Positions 1-11,326 of a DNA stretch of 35,172 nt are shown here, piece by piece. The stretch's first letter is position 1, and every line of letters begins with the position of its first letter. The stretch spans positions 1-35,172 of the forward strand of contig JBEPZA010000001.1 in NCBI GenBank assembly GCA_041641075.1, in the 5' to 3' direction. Under the pieces are notes generated by a model. That model worked only from the letters and a program-made list of their open reading frames with translations. It had not been told where the DNA came from and ran no database searches. The DNA comes from Aquificaceae bacterium (lineage in GTDB: Bacteria > Aquificota > Aquificia > Aquificales > Aquificaceae). Both the position numbers and the translations under genes were made by a program.

Positions 1-1740
<1,740 letters not shown>

Positions 1741-1785
1741 ACACACCTACAAGAAAGAAAGACCTATTCAGTTGCCAATTTTACA

Positions 1786-1857
1786 TGGAGATGGTGGGAC
1801 TTGAACCCACGACCTCCTGCTTGCAAAGCAGGCGCTCTTCCGCTGAGCTACATCCCC
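1786..1857 (-). tRNA. tRNA-Ala (anticodon TGC), 72 nt, no encoded CCA
   Basis: The reverse complement is GGGGATGTAGCTCAGCGGAAGAGCGCCTGCTTTGCAAGCAGGAGGTCGTGGGTTCAAGTCCCACCATCTCCA. It folds as a cloverleaf with a G3:U70 Ala identity pair, anticodon loop TTTGCAA and a TTCAAGT T-loop. It sits in the 16S-23S spacer. Confidence 0.93.
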
Positions 1858-1871
1858 TCTGCCCCAGATAA

Positions 1872-1945
1872 TGGGCCTCGGTGGACTTGAACCACCGACC
1901 TTGCCCTTATCAGGGGCACGCTCTAACCGACTGAGCTAGAGGCCC
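1872..1945 (-). tRNA. tRNA-Ile (anticodon GAT), 74 nt, no encoded CCA
   Basis: The reverse complement is GGGCCTCTAGCTCAGTCGGTTAGAGCGTGCCCCTGATAAGGGCAAGGTCGGTGGTTCAAGTCCACCGAGGCCCA. The acceptor stem is GGGCCTC/GAGGCCC and the anticodon loop is CTGATAA. The spacer order 16S-Ile-Ala-23S is the classical arrangement. Confidence 0.93.
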
Positions 1946-1960
1946 TCAGCTAAGCGCCTA

Positions 1961-1985
1961 GCAACTCAATAAGGAGGAAGGACTC
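1961..1985 (-). repeat. 3' (trailer) half of the 16S processing stem
   Basis: Plus strand gcaactcaataaggaggaaggactc is the inverted complement of 3574-3598. There are 18 contiguous Watson-Crick pairs, extended to 25 positions with one G/G mismatch and one G-U pair. The two halves bracket the mature 16S. Confidence 0.8.
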
Positions 1986-2010
1986 GATAGTGTTTGAGCT
2001 TAATCCGTTA

Positions 2011-3560
<1,550 letters not shown>

Positions 3561-3573
3561 ACCCCAATTTTAT

Positions 3574-3598
3574 GAGTCCTTCCTCCTTATTCAATTGC
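3574..3598 (-). repeat. 5' (leader) half of the 16S processing stem
   Basis: Plus strand gagtccttcctccttattcaattgc. On the transcript it reads GCAAUUGAAUAAGGAGGAAGGACUC and pairs with the trailer at 1985-1961. This is the RNase III-type stem geometry typical of bacterial rrn operons. Confidence 0.8.
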
Positions 3599-3644
3599 CA
3601 ACTTGACAAGGGATTTCAGTCCCTCTTTCTACAGCAGAATTATT

Positions 3645-3673
3645 ATTATAACTCTTTTCTTCTATCTTGTCAA
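3645..3673 (-). promoter_or_regulatory. rrn promoter P1 (proximal): TTGACA-N17-TATAAT
   Basis: The minus strand reads TTGACA (3673-3668), an exact 17-nt spacer (3667-3651) and TATAAT (3650-3645). An A7 tract lies immediately upstream of the -35 (plus-strand T7 at 3677-3683). Confidence 0.75.
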
Positions 3674-3725
3674 GTCTTTTTTTCACGGGCTCTTTGTATA
3701 CAGAACCCAACTTTCAATTCTATTA

Positions 3726-3754
3726 ATAATAACACAAGATATCTTATTTGTCAA
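3726..3754 (-). promoter_or_regulatory. rrn promoter P2: TTGACA-N17-TATTAT
   Basis: The minus strand reads TTGACA (3754-3749), a 17-nt spacer and TATTAT (3731-3726). It has the same upstream A7/CCGTG module as P1 (plus 3749-3779 against 3668-3697, nearly identical). Confidence 0.7.
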
Positions 3755-3815
3755 GTGTTTTTTTCACGGAGCTTTTTGTCGCTCCAAACTTTACCTGCAA
3801 ACCTCGATTATACAA

Positions 3816-3844
3816 ATTATAACTATCAACTCTACTTTTGTCAA
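3816..3844 (-). promoter_or_regulatory. rrn promoter P3 (distal): TTGACA-N17-TATAAT
   Basis: The minus strand reads TTGACA (3844-3839), a 17-nt spacer (3838-3822) and TATAAT (3821-3816). Confidence 0.65.
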
Positions 3845-3955
3845 CTGAGTCTATGAACCCTCTTTTTATGATTTCCACAAGATTAAGCTATCACTGAAGC
3901 TCATGGGCATCATGGAAAAAGTTTATACTATTACGTTATATTTATATATGGCTTT

Positions 3956-5068
3956 ATGCGGATGGTTTTGATGGTACTATTTGTTCTAATACTCTTAAGT
4001 ATAGCAAATGCTCAAGAAAACTGTAGTTCCGAGAGCACATTAAATAAGCTCAAAGAGCTGATAGATAAGTATTACTTATGGAGAAGTAAGTTAGCAGATT
4101 TCAATCCAGCTAACTTAGAAGATGCTATAGGGCAACTGAGAAAGATTGGAGATCCCTGGACAACAATAACCAAAGAATCGGAAGATAGGTTGTGGTATAA
4201 CCAATCTAAATTGATAGGCATAGGCATAAGATGGAACGATGAAGGAGTGATAACTAAAGTCTTTAACAACTCACCTGCACAAGTGGCAGGTCTCAAAAGG
4301 TATGATAAAATACTCAGCATTCAGGGAGAGAGGAATATAGATAAATGGGTAGAACGCATAAGAAGAACAAATCTTGAAGAGCCCGTAGAAGTTGTTATAT
4401 TGAGAGATGGTAAGTTGATAAAGTTTTACGTATATAAAGATAAATTTGAAATACCATCAGTCGATGAGGTACACACTTTTGAACTTAACGGTAAGAAGTA
4501 TGGTTATGTTCAACTGAATAATTTTACGAATCCTTCTGTTGAGCTCTTTTTTAGAGAGGTAGAGAGACTAAAAACGGAAAACATAGATGTATTGGTAATT
4601 GATCTAAGGTATAACAGTGGGGGCTTAATTTCTGTAGTAAGAAAAATTGCGGGAATGTTTGTTGGTGATGAACAGCCAATATTTTACCTAGAACACGCAA
4701 GAGGTGGCTTGACTATATACAACTCAGAATATGCTAAAGCCACTTACGATAGGGAAATAATTCTCTTAGTTAGTAAAGCTACAGCCTCAGCATCAGAAAT
4801 CTTGGCTTCTTTACTTAGGCACTACAAAAAGGCAAAAATCATAGGTAGCTTATCAGCAGGAAAATACGTAGGCAGTAATATGTATAGATTAAATGATTGT
4901 GGCGATATCCTACGTCTAATTTCCTTTGAAGTTAAACTTATGGATGGTTACCCGGTAGTAAGTCAAATTGGTATAGTGCCAGACTGTTTTGTAAGACAGC
5001 CTACGAATTACTTTCCTGAAGAACTAATAAAGTTGTGTGAAGAGAACGATCCTGTGGTGCTCAAGTAG
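3956..5068 (+). CDS. S41-family C-terminal processing peptidase (PDZ domain, secreted)
   Basis: 370-aa ORF with an N-terminal signal peptide (MVLMVLFVLILLSIANA). It has a PDZ-like segment (GIGIRW..GVITKVFNNSPAQVAGLKRYDKILSIQG), the S41 motifs LVIDLRYNSGGL and SKATASASEI, and a downstream lysine region. Confidence 0.8.
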   Translation: MRMVLMVLFVLILLSIANAQENCSSESTLNKLKELIDKYYLWRSKLADFNPANLEDAIGQLRKIGDPWTTITKESEDRLWYNQSKLIGIGIRWNDEGVITKVFNNSPAQVAGLKRYDKILSIQGERNIDKWVERIRRTNLEEPVEVVILRDGKLIKFYVYKDKFEIPSVDEVHTFELNGKKYGYVQLNNFTNPSVELFFREVERLKTENIDVLVIDLRYNSGGLISVVRKIAGMFVGDEQPIFYLEHARGGLTIYNSEYAKATYDREIILLVSKATASASEILASLLRHYKKAKIIGSLSAGKYVGSNMYRLNDCGDILRLISFEVKLMDGYPVVSQIGIVPDCFVRQPTNYFPEELIKLCEENDPVVLK

Positions 5069-5127
5069 CTAAAAATGAAGTTATTTGAGACCTTGATGTA
5101 GCAAAAACACTAACTTGTGACTAAGCC

Positions 5128-5649
5128 TTAGCTTATAGATGATAAATCCAAAATTCTCTTAAGATTCTCTCTCAGCTCCTGTCTTTCTACATTTGTATCT
5201 ACAGGAATGGCATACTTAGGTAAGCTAAAGCTTTCCTTTTGCTTTAGATAAATACCAAAGTCCGCATCTGAAACATCAACCCTCTTTGAGAGTCTTCTCC
5301 TAATTTCCTCTTCACTTGCAATAGCACAAAGAAAGATGGCATTGGGGAATGCTTTCTTTACCAATTGTCTTTGCTCCTCTTTCAAAAAGGTAGCATCCAA
5401 AACTACGTTCTTGCCTTCTTGGACGAGCCTTTTGGCTCTTTCTACAAGTTCTTGGTAGACCATATTGGTTACTTCTTGGGAGTATATGCCTTCACCAAAG
5501 TTAGCCTTTGCGCTCTGATTAATATCTATCCCCATAAGCTCTTTTCTTATGATGTCGCTTCTTAGCCACTCAAAGCCAAAGTCTTCGTGAAGTATGCTCG
5601 AAATAAAGGACTTTCCGGAGCCAGATAGTCCCATAACTACTATTAACAT
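5128..5649 (-). CDS. P-loop kinase-like ATPase (AAA_33 / gluconate-kinase-fold family), substrate unknown
   Basis: 173 aa with a Walker A motif GLSGSGKS at residues 7-14. LRSDIIRKEL and VVLDATF motifs are typical of small nucleotide/sugar-kinase-like P-loop proteins. Confidence 0.6.
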   Translation of the reverse strand: MLIVVMGLSGSGKSFISSILHEDFGFEWLRSDIIRKELMGIDINQSAKANFGEGIYSQEVTNMVYQELVERAKRLVQEGKNVVLDATFLKEEQRQLVKKAFPNAIFLCAIASEEEIRRRLSKRVDVSDADFGIYLKQKESFSLPKYAIPVDTNVERQELRENLKRILDLSSIS

Positions 5650-5651
5650 AC

Positions 5652-6155
5652 TTAGTTTATACCTAACTCCTTCAGGAGAAGAGGTGAATTTCCTTCTATG
5701 ATTTTGTATTTGCTAGGTATTATGTTGTATGGCACTGCTCTGATATTTAAATCCTCTGCTATTTTTATGTGCTCGTAGATTAGTGGGCACTCTATCTTCT
5801 GTGGTAATTGCTTGTCGTATCTACCGCTTAAGACATCATCCAAAGCTTTATACCTTTCTTTACTACAAACTATGTAGCTTGCTTTAGCCCAATTGGATGG
5901 GTTTTTGGGATTGGCTACGACGAAAATATGCACTTTCAATTTGTTTAGATGGGGTTTTAGTTTTGCCCACTCATCTCTGCAATGGGGACAGTCTGGGTTT
6001 ATAAAGGTGATGAGGGTATTTTTACCTTTTCCAACGGTTACCGCTTTGTTCAGAGGTATACTGTTTATTTGTTGTTTTAGAAGTTCTGTATACAAATCTT
6101 GAGCAAACAGCGAAGCACAAAACACAAACAAAATAACTAAGCCTTTTGTGAACAT
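5652..6155 (-). CDS. Periplasmic thiol:disulfide oxidoreductase (DsbA/DsbC-like thioredoxin fold)
   Basis: 167 aa with a signal peptide (LVILFVFCASLFAQD) and a CPHC active-site motif in the context NPDCPHCRDEW. A conserved cis-Pro-type VP lies near the C-terminus. Confidence 0.7.
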   Translation of the reverse strand: MFTKGLVILFVFCASLFAQDLYTELLKQQINSIPLNKAVTVGKGKNTLITFINPDCPHCRDEWAKLKPHLNKLKVHIFVVANPKNPSNWAKASYIVCSKERYKALDDVLSGRYDKQLPQKIECPLIYEHIKIAEDLNIRAVPYNIIPSKYKIIEGNSPLLLKELGIN

Positions 6156-7006
6156 AGTTCTTCTATTTTACTACGCACCTTTTGTATTATCCAGTCAGGG
6201 GTTGAGGCTCCTGCTGTGATGCCTATCTTTTTGGCATTTTGGAACCACTCCTTTTGTAACTCTTCTTCCGTTTCTACATGGTAGGATTTAGGGTTTAGAC
6301 TTTTGGATATTTCGTATAGTCTTCTGGTATTTCCACTGTTTTTGCCACCTACCACTATCATCACGTCCACTTTGGGCGCCAGATCGTAAACATCTTCTTG
6401 TCTTTCGGATGTAGCGTTACATATAGTGTTTACAACTTTAAGCTCCTTAGTCCAAAGTGCCAATTCTCCCACTGCTTCCTTAAAGAACTGTTCGTTTTGT
6501 GTTGTCTGAGCTACTACTCCAAGCCTGTCCATACCAAGGACTTTCTTTAGGTCTTCTTTCGTTTCTACGACTGTGCCTTTACCGCCAGCTTCCTGTATGT
6601 AACCCATGGTGCCTATAACCTCTGGGTGGTTTTTCTCTCCAAGCACTACTACAAAGTAACCTTCCTTTACCAGGTCAGTGACAGCCTCGTGAACCGCCTT
6701 TACGTATGGACACGTAGCGTCTACCACGTTTAGTCCCATTTCACGAAGTGCTTTTTCTCTGGATGGGGGTATACCATGGGATCTAATGATTACAGTATCG
6801 CCCTTTTTTAGGTGATTTTCTGAGTCAGTAGTTTGTATACCAAGGGTTACCAACCTACTAACTTCTTGGGGATTGTGAATTAGTGGTCCAAGCGTGTATA
6901 CTTTCGCATTTTTCGATTTTGAGGATTTTTCGGCAAGGTGGATGGCTCTCTTAACTCCAAAACAGAAACCTGCGTGCGGTGCTACTATAATTTCAACCAT
7001 ATACAA
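6137..7006 (-). CDS. ispH: 4-hydroxy-3-methylbut-2-enyl diphosphate reductase
   Basis: 289 aa. The N-terminus GFCFGVKRAI, plus LGPLIHNP, DATCPYV and NTICNAT, carries the three Cys ligands characteristic of IspH/LytB. Confidence 0.9.
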   Translation of the reverse strand: MYMVEIIVAPHAGFCFGVKRAIHLAEKSSKSKNAKVYTLGPLIHNPQEVSRLVTLGIQTTDSENHLKKGDTVIIRSHGIPPSREKALREMGLNVVDATCPYVKAVHEAVTDLVKEGYFVVVLGEKNHPEVIGTMGYIQEAGGKGTVVETKEDLKKVLGMDRLGVVAQTTQNEQFFKEAVGELALWTKELKVVNTICNATSERQEDVYDLAPKVDVMIVVGGKNSGNTRRLYEISKSLNPKSYHVETEEELQKEWFQNAKKIGITAGASTPDWIIQKVRSKIEELCSQKA

Positions 7007-7075
7007 ATAATGTATCCATCAGTTGTGAATTTTCAACTTCGGGAGCTGTTCTCACACAAATCAAGCTTTGGGCTT

Positions 7076-7450
7076 TTAGTGTTCAAAGGATTTCAGGATT
7101 TTTTCTGAGCTGACTACTCCTACGAAACTTTTGAAAATCCTTCCATTCCTTACAAGGAATGTAGTTGGTGTAGCCAATACTCCAAGGTCCTTGGCTATTT
7201 TTGATCCTTCTTGCGAAAATACGTCTACCATTACAACTTTTACTTTGTCCTTAATTCTCTCTATATTGGGCGACATGAGTTTACACGCTCCACATCTTTG
7301 GGAATAAAAGTAAACAACACCTGTGTCAATTAGATTTATATCCATTCCTTTCATTTTGCTTAACCTATAGTATACATAGAGCCTGAAAACTAGAACAAAT
7401 GAGAGAAACAGAATAAGAAACAGAGATATAAGTTTCAACAGAGCTTCCAT
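7076..7450 (-). CDS. Membrane-anchored thioredoxin-family protein
   Basis: 124 aa with an N-terminal TM helix (LISLFLILFLSFVLVF), a CGACK redox motif and a conserved ATPT (cis-Pro) segment. Confidence 0.7.
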   Translation of the reverse strand: MEALLKLISLFLILFLSFVLVFRLYVYYRLSKMKGMDINLIDTGVVYFYSQRCGACKLMSPNIERIKDKVKVVMVDVFSQEGSKIAKDLGVLATPTTFLVRNGRIFKSFVGVVSSEKILKSFEH

Positions 7451-7452
7451 AC

Positions 7453-8325
7453 TTAATACACCTCCGTTTGCAATAATCTATATGGTTTTAGAAAACCATT
7501 TGTCAATTTGCCTATACCTACAAATGTTTGATTTACGTATAATCTAATAAGTATTTCTTGATCTATACTATCCTTTGTTTTGATAGGTATTCCTTTTTTG
7601 AGCTTTTCCCACCAATTTACAGGAATACTTACTTTGTGTAGAAAATCAAGAGCCTCGTCTATGGGTATGAGTAATCCGTTAATGTCATATTGGCTTAGAA
7701 TTTTTTCATAAGGAACTGCCATCCTGATGTCAAACTTGCCAATCTTTACTCTTCTGAGTTCTGTAAGGTGAGCACCGCACCCAAGGTTAATACCAATATC
7801 GTGTATTAAAGATCTTATGTATGTTCCAGAGGATACTTCAAACTTTGCGCAAAAATGCGGTAATTGGCAATCTATTAGAGAGGACTCATGTATGTAAACT
7901 TTCACACTTTTCAAATTAACTTCTTGTCCTTCTCTGGCAAGTTGGTAAGCTCTCTTACCTTTTACTTTCTTTGCGGAGAATATAGGGGGCGTTTGGAGCA
8001 TTTCACCCTTGAGAGTTTCGACTGCTCTTTTTACATCTTCACAGGAAACATTGACTGGTAGAGTTCTAAGTAATTTACCCTGAGCATCGTATGTATCTGT
8101 TACTTCTCCAAGTTTACCCCATGCTACGTAAACCTTTGGAAGGTTTGTGATTAGGTTTGCGTATCTTGTGGCGCTCCCTATTACCAAAACTAGCAAGCCG
8201 GTGGCTATGGGGTCTAATGTTCCTGTATGCCCAACTTTTGTGTTTAGTTTTTTCTTAACTGCCTCTACAACTTGATAGGATGTTAGATTTTTGGGTTTGT
8301 CTATCAGTAGGACAGAAGCAAGCAT
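7453..8325 (-). CDS. truB: tRNA pseudouridine(55) synthase
   Basis: 290 aa. It has the GHTGTLDPIATGLL catalytic-Asp motif and a PPIFSAKKVKGKRAY motif. Its start overlaps the upstream stop by 1 nt (TAATG). Confidence 0.9.
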   Translation of the reverse strand: MLASVLLIDKPKNLTSYQVVEAVKKKLNTKVGHTGTLDPIATGLLVLVIGSATRYANLITNLPKVYVAWGKLGEVTDTYDAQGKLLRTLPVNVSCEDVKRAVETLKGEMLQTPPIFSAKKVKGKRAYQLAREGQEVNLKSVKVYIHESSLIDCQLPHFCAKFEVSSGTYIRSLIHDIGINLGCGAHLTELRRVKIGKFDIRMAVPYEKILSQYDINGLLIPIDEALDFLHKVSIPVNWWEKLKKGIPIKTKDSIDQEILIRLYVNQTFVGIGKLTNGFLKPYRLLQTEVY

Positions 8326-9257
8326 TACGATAGAAAATCTCTAAGGTGACGCTTCATTGCCATGTTCCTAAGTTTCCTAAGGGCTCTGGTTTCTAGCTGT
8401 CTGACTCTTTCCCTAGATATGTTGAGAATTTCACCTATCTCCCTCAGTGTCCTTGGTTCTTCTCCTCTTAATCCAAATCTTAGCTCTATTACCCTTCTCT
8501 CTTTTTCTGGTAATTTATCGAGCAAGTCACTAACCTCTTTTTCTAGAACTTCATCTATGACTTTTTCTTCTACTTCTGCAGTTCCGTGCATGCTTAGGAA
8601 GTCTATAAAGAAAGTGTCTTCGTTTTCGCCTACTGGCGTGTCCAAGGACAAAGGAGCTTTTATCATCTGGAGCGCTTTCTCTACACTGTCTGGGTCTATT
8701 TTGTAGCCTTCTTTTTTTATTCTTTGCCTAACTTCATCTTCCGTAGGTTCTCTACCTAGTTCATTCTCCAGTTCTTTCATCACATACTCTCTTGTGTATT
8801 CGTAAGCAACTTCTTCCGAGGTTGGTTCCCTTTCCAGTTCCTTAAATAACCTACTGTATATACTTCCAACTTTGTTTATTATGTGTGTCTGTTTTAGCGG
8901 TATGCGCACTGCGCTTGTTTGCTGAGACAGGGCTTGCATTATAGCCTGCCTTATCCACCAAACCGCATATGATATAAACTTTACGCCTCTATCTGGGTCA
9001 AACCTCTTCGCAGCTTCTATAAGACCGTGGTTTCCTGCAGCGATGAGTTCCGAGAGTGGAAGTCCATAACCTAAGTATTGCTTAGCTATGCTTATTACGA
9101 ACCTGAGGTTAGATTCTACGAGTTTTTTGAAGGCTTCTGTATCGCCTTCTTTTGCTCTTTTTGCTACTTCTTTTTCCTCTTCTGGAGATAGCAGTGGTAT
9201 GTTGGCTATTTTCTTCATATATTTGTTTATGATTTCTTGTTCCGTATCTGGTATCAT
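8325..9257 (-). CDS. Sigma-70 family sigma factor, group-2 (RpoS/RpoD-like, no region 1.1)
   Basis: 310 aa. Region 2 is present (NLRFVISIAKQY, FISYAVWWIRQAI). Region 3 is present (LGREPT..). Region 4.2 has an HTH (RTLREIGEILNISRERVRQLETRALRKLR). Confidence 0.85.
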   Translation of the reverse strand: MIPDTEQEIINKYMKKIANIPLLSPEEEKEVAKRAKEGDTEAFKKLVESNLRFVISIAKQYLGYGLPLSELIAAGNHGLIEAAKRFDPDRGVKFISYAVWWIRQAIMQALSQQTSAVRIPLKQTHIINKVGSIYSRLFKELEREPTSEEVAYEYTREYVMKELENELGREPTEDEVRQRIKKEGYKIDPDSVEKALQMIKAPLSLDTPVGENEDTFFIDFLSMHGTAEVEEKVIDEVLEKEVSDLLDKLPEKERRVIELRFGLRGEEPRTLREIGEILNISRERVRQLETRALRKLRNMAMKRHLRDFLS

Positions 9258-9263
9258 CTTTAT

Positions 9264-10670
9264 CTACCTCAGTCTAAGTGCTATGTATAGGTTTTCTTGA
9301 TTTCTTCTAACTAGAAGGAGCGCTCTTTCCCTTTCAGATTTAATGAGGGAATCCAACATGGATCTTACCTGATCTACACTCGATACAGGAACATTGTTTA
9401 CCATGAGGATAACATCTCCGGGTCTAAGACCGCTAATGTGCGCCAAACTTCCTGGCATAATGCCAGTTATCAGTACTCCTTTTGTGCCCAATCTACTCTC
9501 TTCTTGCGGTGTTAGGTTCCTCAGTGATAAACCCAGATTCTGAGTGTCTTGTTGCTCTCTAGTTGCTTGACGTTCCTCTGGCATTTCTCCAACTTTTACA
9601 TTTATTTGAATCTCTTTGCCATCTCTTAAAACCACAAGTTTAAGCTCATTACCAGGTGGTGTCTTCATTATCTTGAATTGCAAGTCTCTGACGGATTTTA
9701 CTTTCTCTCCATCTACGGATAACACTATATCTCCAATTTTTAAACCAGCCTTTTCTGCAGGACTACCAGGCATTATTTGGGCTATTATAACTCCTTCCCT
9801 TATACCTATGGCTTCAGATATATCAGAAGTTACCTCTTGTATTACTACTCCTAACCAACCTCTCGTAACTTTACCTTTTTCTATTAATTGATCGGCTATC
9901 CATTTAGCTAGGTTTATAGGTATGCTAAAGCCGAGCCCTTGCCCTTCTGCGAGTATGGCGGTGTTTATTCCTATGACCTCGCCTTTTATATTGACCAATG
10001 GCCCACCAGAGTTTCCAGGATTTATAGGAGCATCTGTCTGTATGAAGCTCTCATACTGAGTTATTCCTATACTACGCTTGAGTGCGGAAATAACACCTAC
10101 CGTTACCGTACGCTCCAGTCCGTAAGGGTTTCCTATAGCGATAACTATTTGTCCTACTTTTAATTTATCAGAATCGCCGAGTTTCGCCACTCTCCTCTCT
10201 GGATTTTCTATGCCCTTAGTATCTACCTCTATAACTGCTACATCTGTTCTAGGGTCAACTCCTACTATCTTTGCTCTTTTTTCCGTGTATTCATCAAACT
10301 TAACTTTAATATCCCTACCATCCTTGACCACGTGGCTATTGGTAAGTATGTAAAACTTATCATTTTTGTAGTACATAATCACACCTGAACCTAGTGAGGG
10401 TCTTTCTTGAGGAAGGAAGGGTATAGGAAATGGGAAATCCATAATGGGCGAGCTTACTCTTTGAGTAGCGAATATGGTTACAACGGAAGGGGATACTGCT
10501 TCTACTATGGACGTTAACTCGTTTTCTATTTGAGAGAGAGATACGGATTTAAGTAAAGAGGTATTAGTTGTAGCACTAGCTTTCTGAGTCACTTCGGCTT
10601 TGCAACTTGCAAAAATTAAGGTGAAAACTAAGAAAAACGATACAAAAGCAAACATTTTCAACCTCCTCAT
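9264..10670 (-). CDS. htrA: HtrA/DegP-family periplasmic serine protease with two PDZ domains
   Basis: It has a TNSHVV (His) motif, a D (Asp) motif and the GNSGGPL Ser motif, followed by two PDZ-like repeats (GSPAEKAGLKIGDIVLSVDG and GSLAHISGLRPGDVILMVNN). The start is set at ATG 10670, which forms an ATGA overlap with the bioC stop. The track GTG at 10685 or the ATG at 10655 (preceded by GAGGAGGT) are alternatives. Confidence 0.85.
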   Translation of the reverse strand: MRRLKMFAFVSFFLVFTLIFASCKAEVTQKASATTNTSLLKSVSLSQIENELTSIVEAVSPSVVTIFATQRVSSPIMDFPFPIPFLPQERPSLGSGVIMYYKNDKFYILTNSHVVKDGRDIKVKFDEYTEKRAKIVGVDPRTDVAVIEVDTKGIENPERRVAKLGDSDKLKVGQIVIAIGNPYGLERTVTVGVISALKRSIGITQYESFIQTDAPINPGNSGGPLVNIKGEVIGINTAILAEGQGLGFSIPINLAKWIADQLIEKGKVTRGWLGVVIQEVTSDISEAIGIREGVIIAQIMPGSPAEKAGLKIGDIVLSVDGEKVKSVRDLQFKIMKTPPGNELKLVVLRDGKEIQINVKVGEMPEERQATREQQDTQNLGLSLRNLTPQEESRLGTKGVLITGIMPGSLAHISGLRPGDVILMVNNVPVSSVDQVRSMLDSLIKSERERALLLVRRNQENLYIALRLR

Positions 10671-11326
10671 TCTCCTACCTCGCACGAAAAGAATAAAACA
10701 TCAAAATATGGCTCGCTTATAGATGATAAAATTTTTTCCATCTTGCTCCTTGAAATTATAACATTTCCGAAACTTGGATTATATGATGTACCTGTGTAGT
10801 GAAAAAATCTGATAAGATCCCAACCTGAAAAGGGAATTTCGACTCTTTGCTTTTTAACTTTTTTTAACTTTCCTCCCAAGCTTTCTATGATATTTATTAC
10901 ACCTTCATCACTTGGGAAAGGAAAGCTTAATTGTTCTAAGCTCCCTTTCACGGGAATGCTACACAAAAAATTCCCGTAGCACACTCTAAATATCTCTCTA
11001 ATGGACAAATTCAAATCCGTCCAATGAAGTGCGAAGTTGCTAATTACAGTCTTAAAGCTTTTGTCTTTAAATGGCAGGTTCTGAGCATCACCTAATACAC
11101 CTTTGTTCCCCTTAGATACGTACTCTTTTAGCATCTTTATAGAAATATCTACACCAATAGAGCCCTTGGCGTAACTACTAGCAAAACCCGTTCCACAACC
11201 CACATCCAGCAAGGGAGTACTTAGACTTTCCAGAGATAGGAGTGTATATGCGCAGTGCTTTTGGGGAATTGCCCAACTTTCGTAAGTTTTGCTAGCTCTT
11301 GAGAATCTCAAGGACAGTTCTTTCAT
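10667..11326 (-). CDS. bioC: SAM-dependent methyltransferase, BioC-like (malonyl-ACP O-methyltransferase)
   Basis: 219 aa. The N-terminal FSRASKTYESWAIPQK resembles the BioC signature. It has SAM motif I LLDVGCGTGF and the post-motif VISNFALHW. It overlaps an alpha/beta-hydrolase gene, giving bioH-bioC type pairing. Confidence 0.65.
   Translation of the reverse strand: MKELSLRFSRASKTYESWAIPQKHCAYTLLSLESLSTPLLDVGCGTGFASSYAKGSIGVDISIKMLKEYVSKGNKGVLGDAQNLPFKDKSFKTVISNFALHWTDLNLSIREIFRVCYGNFLCSIPVKGSLEQLSFPFPSDEGVINIIESLGGKLKKVKKQRVEIPFSGWDLIRFFHYTGTSYNPSFGNVIISRSKMEKILSSISEPYFDVLFFSCEVGE

Noticed and set aside
3689-3779. boxA-like GCTCTTTGT (3689-3697) and GCTTTTTGT (3771-3779), reminiscent of the rrn antitermination boxA (GCTCTTTAACAA).
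   Set aside because: They read this way only on the plus strand, whereas the rRNA transcript is the minus strand. On the minus strand they lie upstream of the -35 elements of P1 and P2 and so are not transcribed from those promoters. They are better explained as part of the duplicated upstream promoter module.
3572-3856. Two overlapping plus-strand ORFs (94 and 81 aa) in the 16S upstream region.
   Set aside because: The region is explained by the 16S leader stem and three tandem promoters. The translations are low-complexity (F/L/Y/N/S-rich), there is no RBS, and the two ORFs overlap each other in different frames.
8362-8706. Antisense or shadow ORFs opposite strong genes (e.g. 4072-4320, 8362-8706, 9616-9891, 13174-13566, 20845-21153, 24569-24919, 26202-26489, 26777-27097, 34582-34842).
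   Set aside because: Each is fully embedded opposite a CDS with clear family motifs. They have Ser/Leu/Phe-rich low-complexity translations and no RBS. They are the expected mirror-frame open stretches of AT-rich coding DNA.
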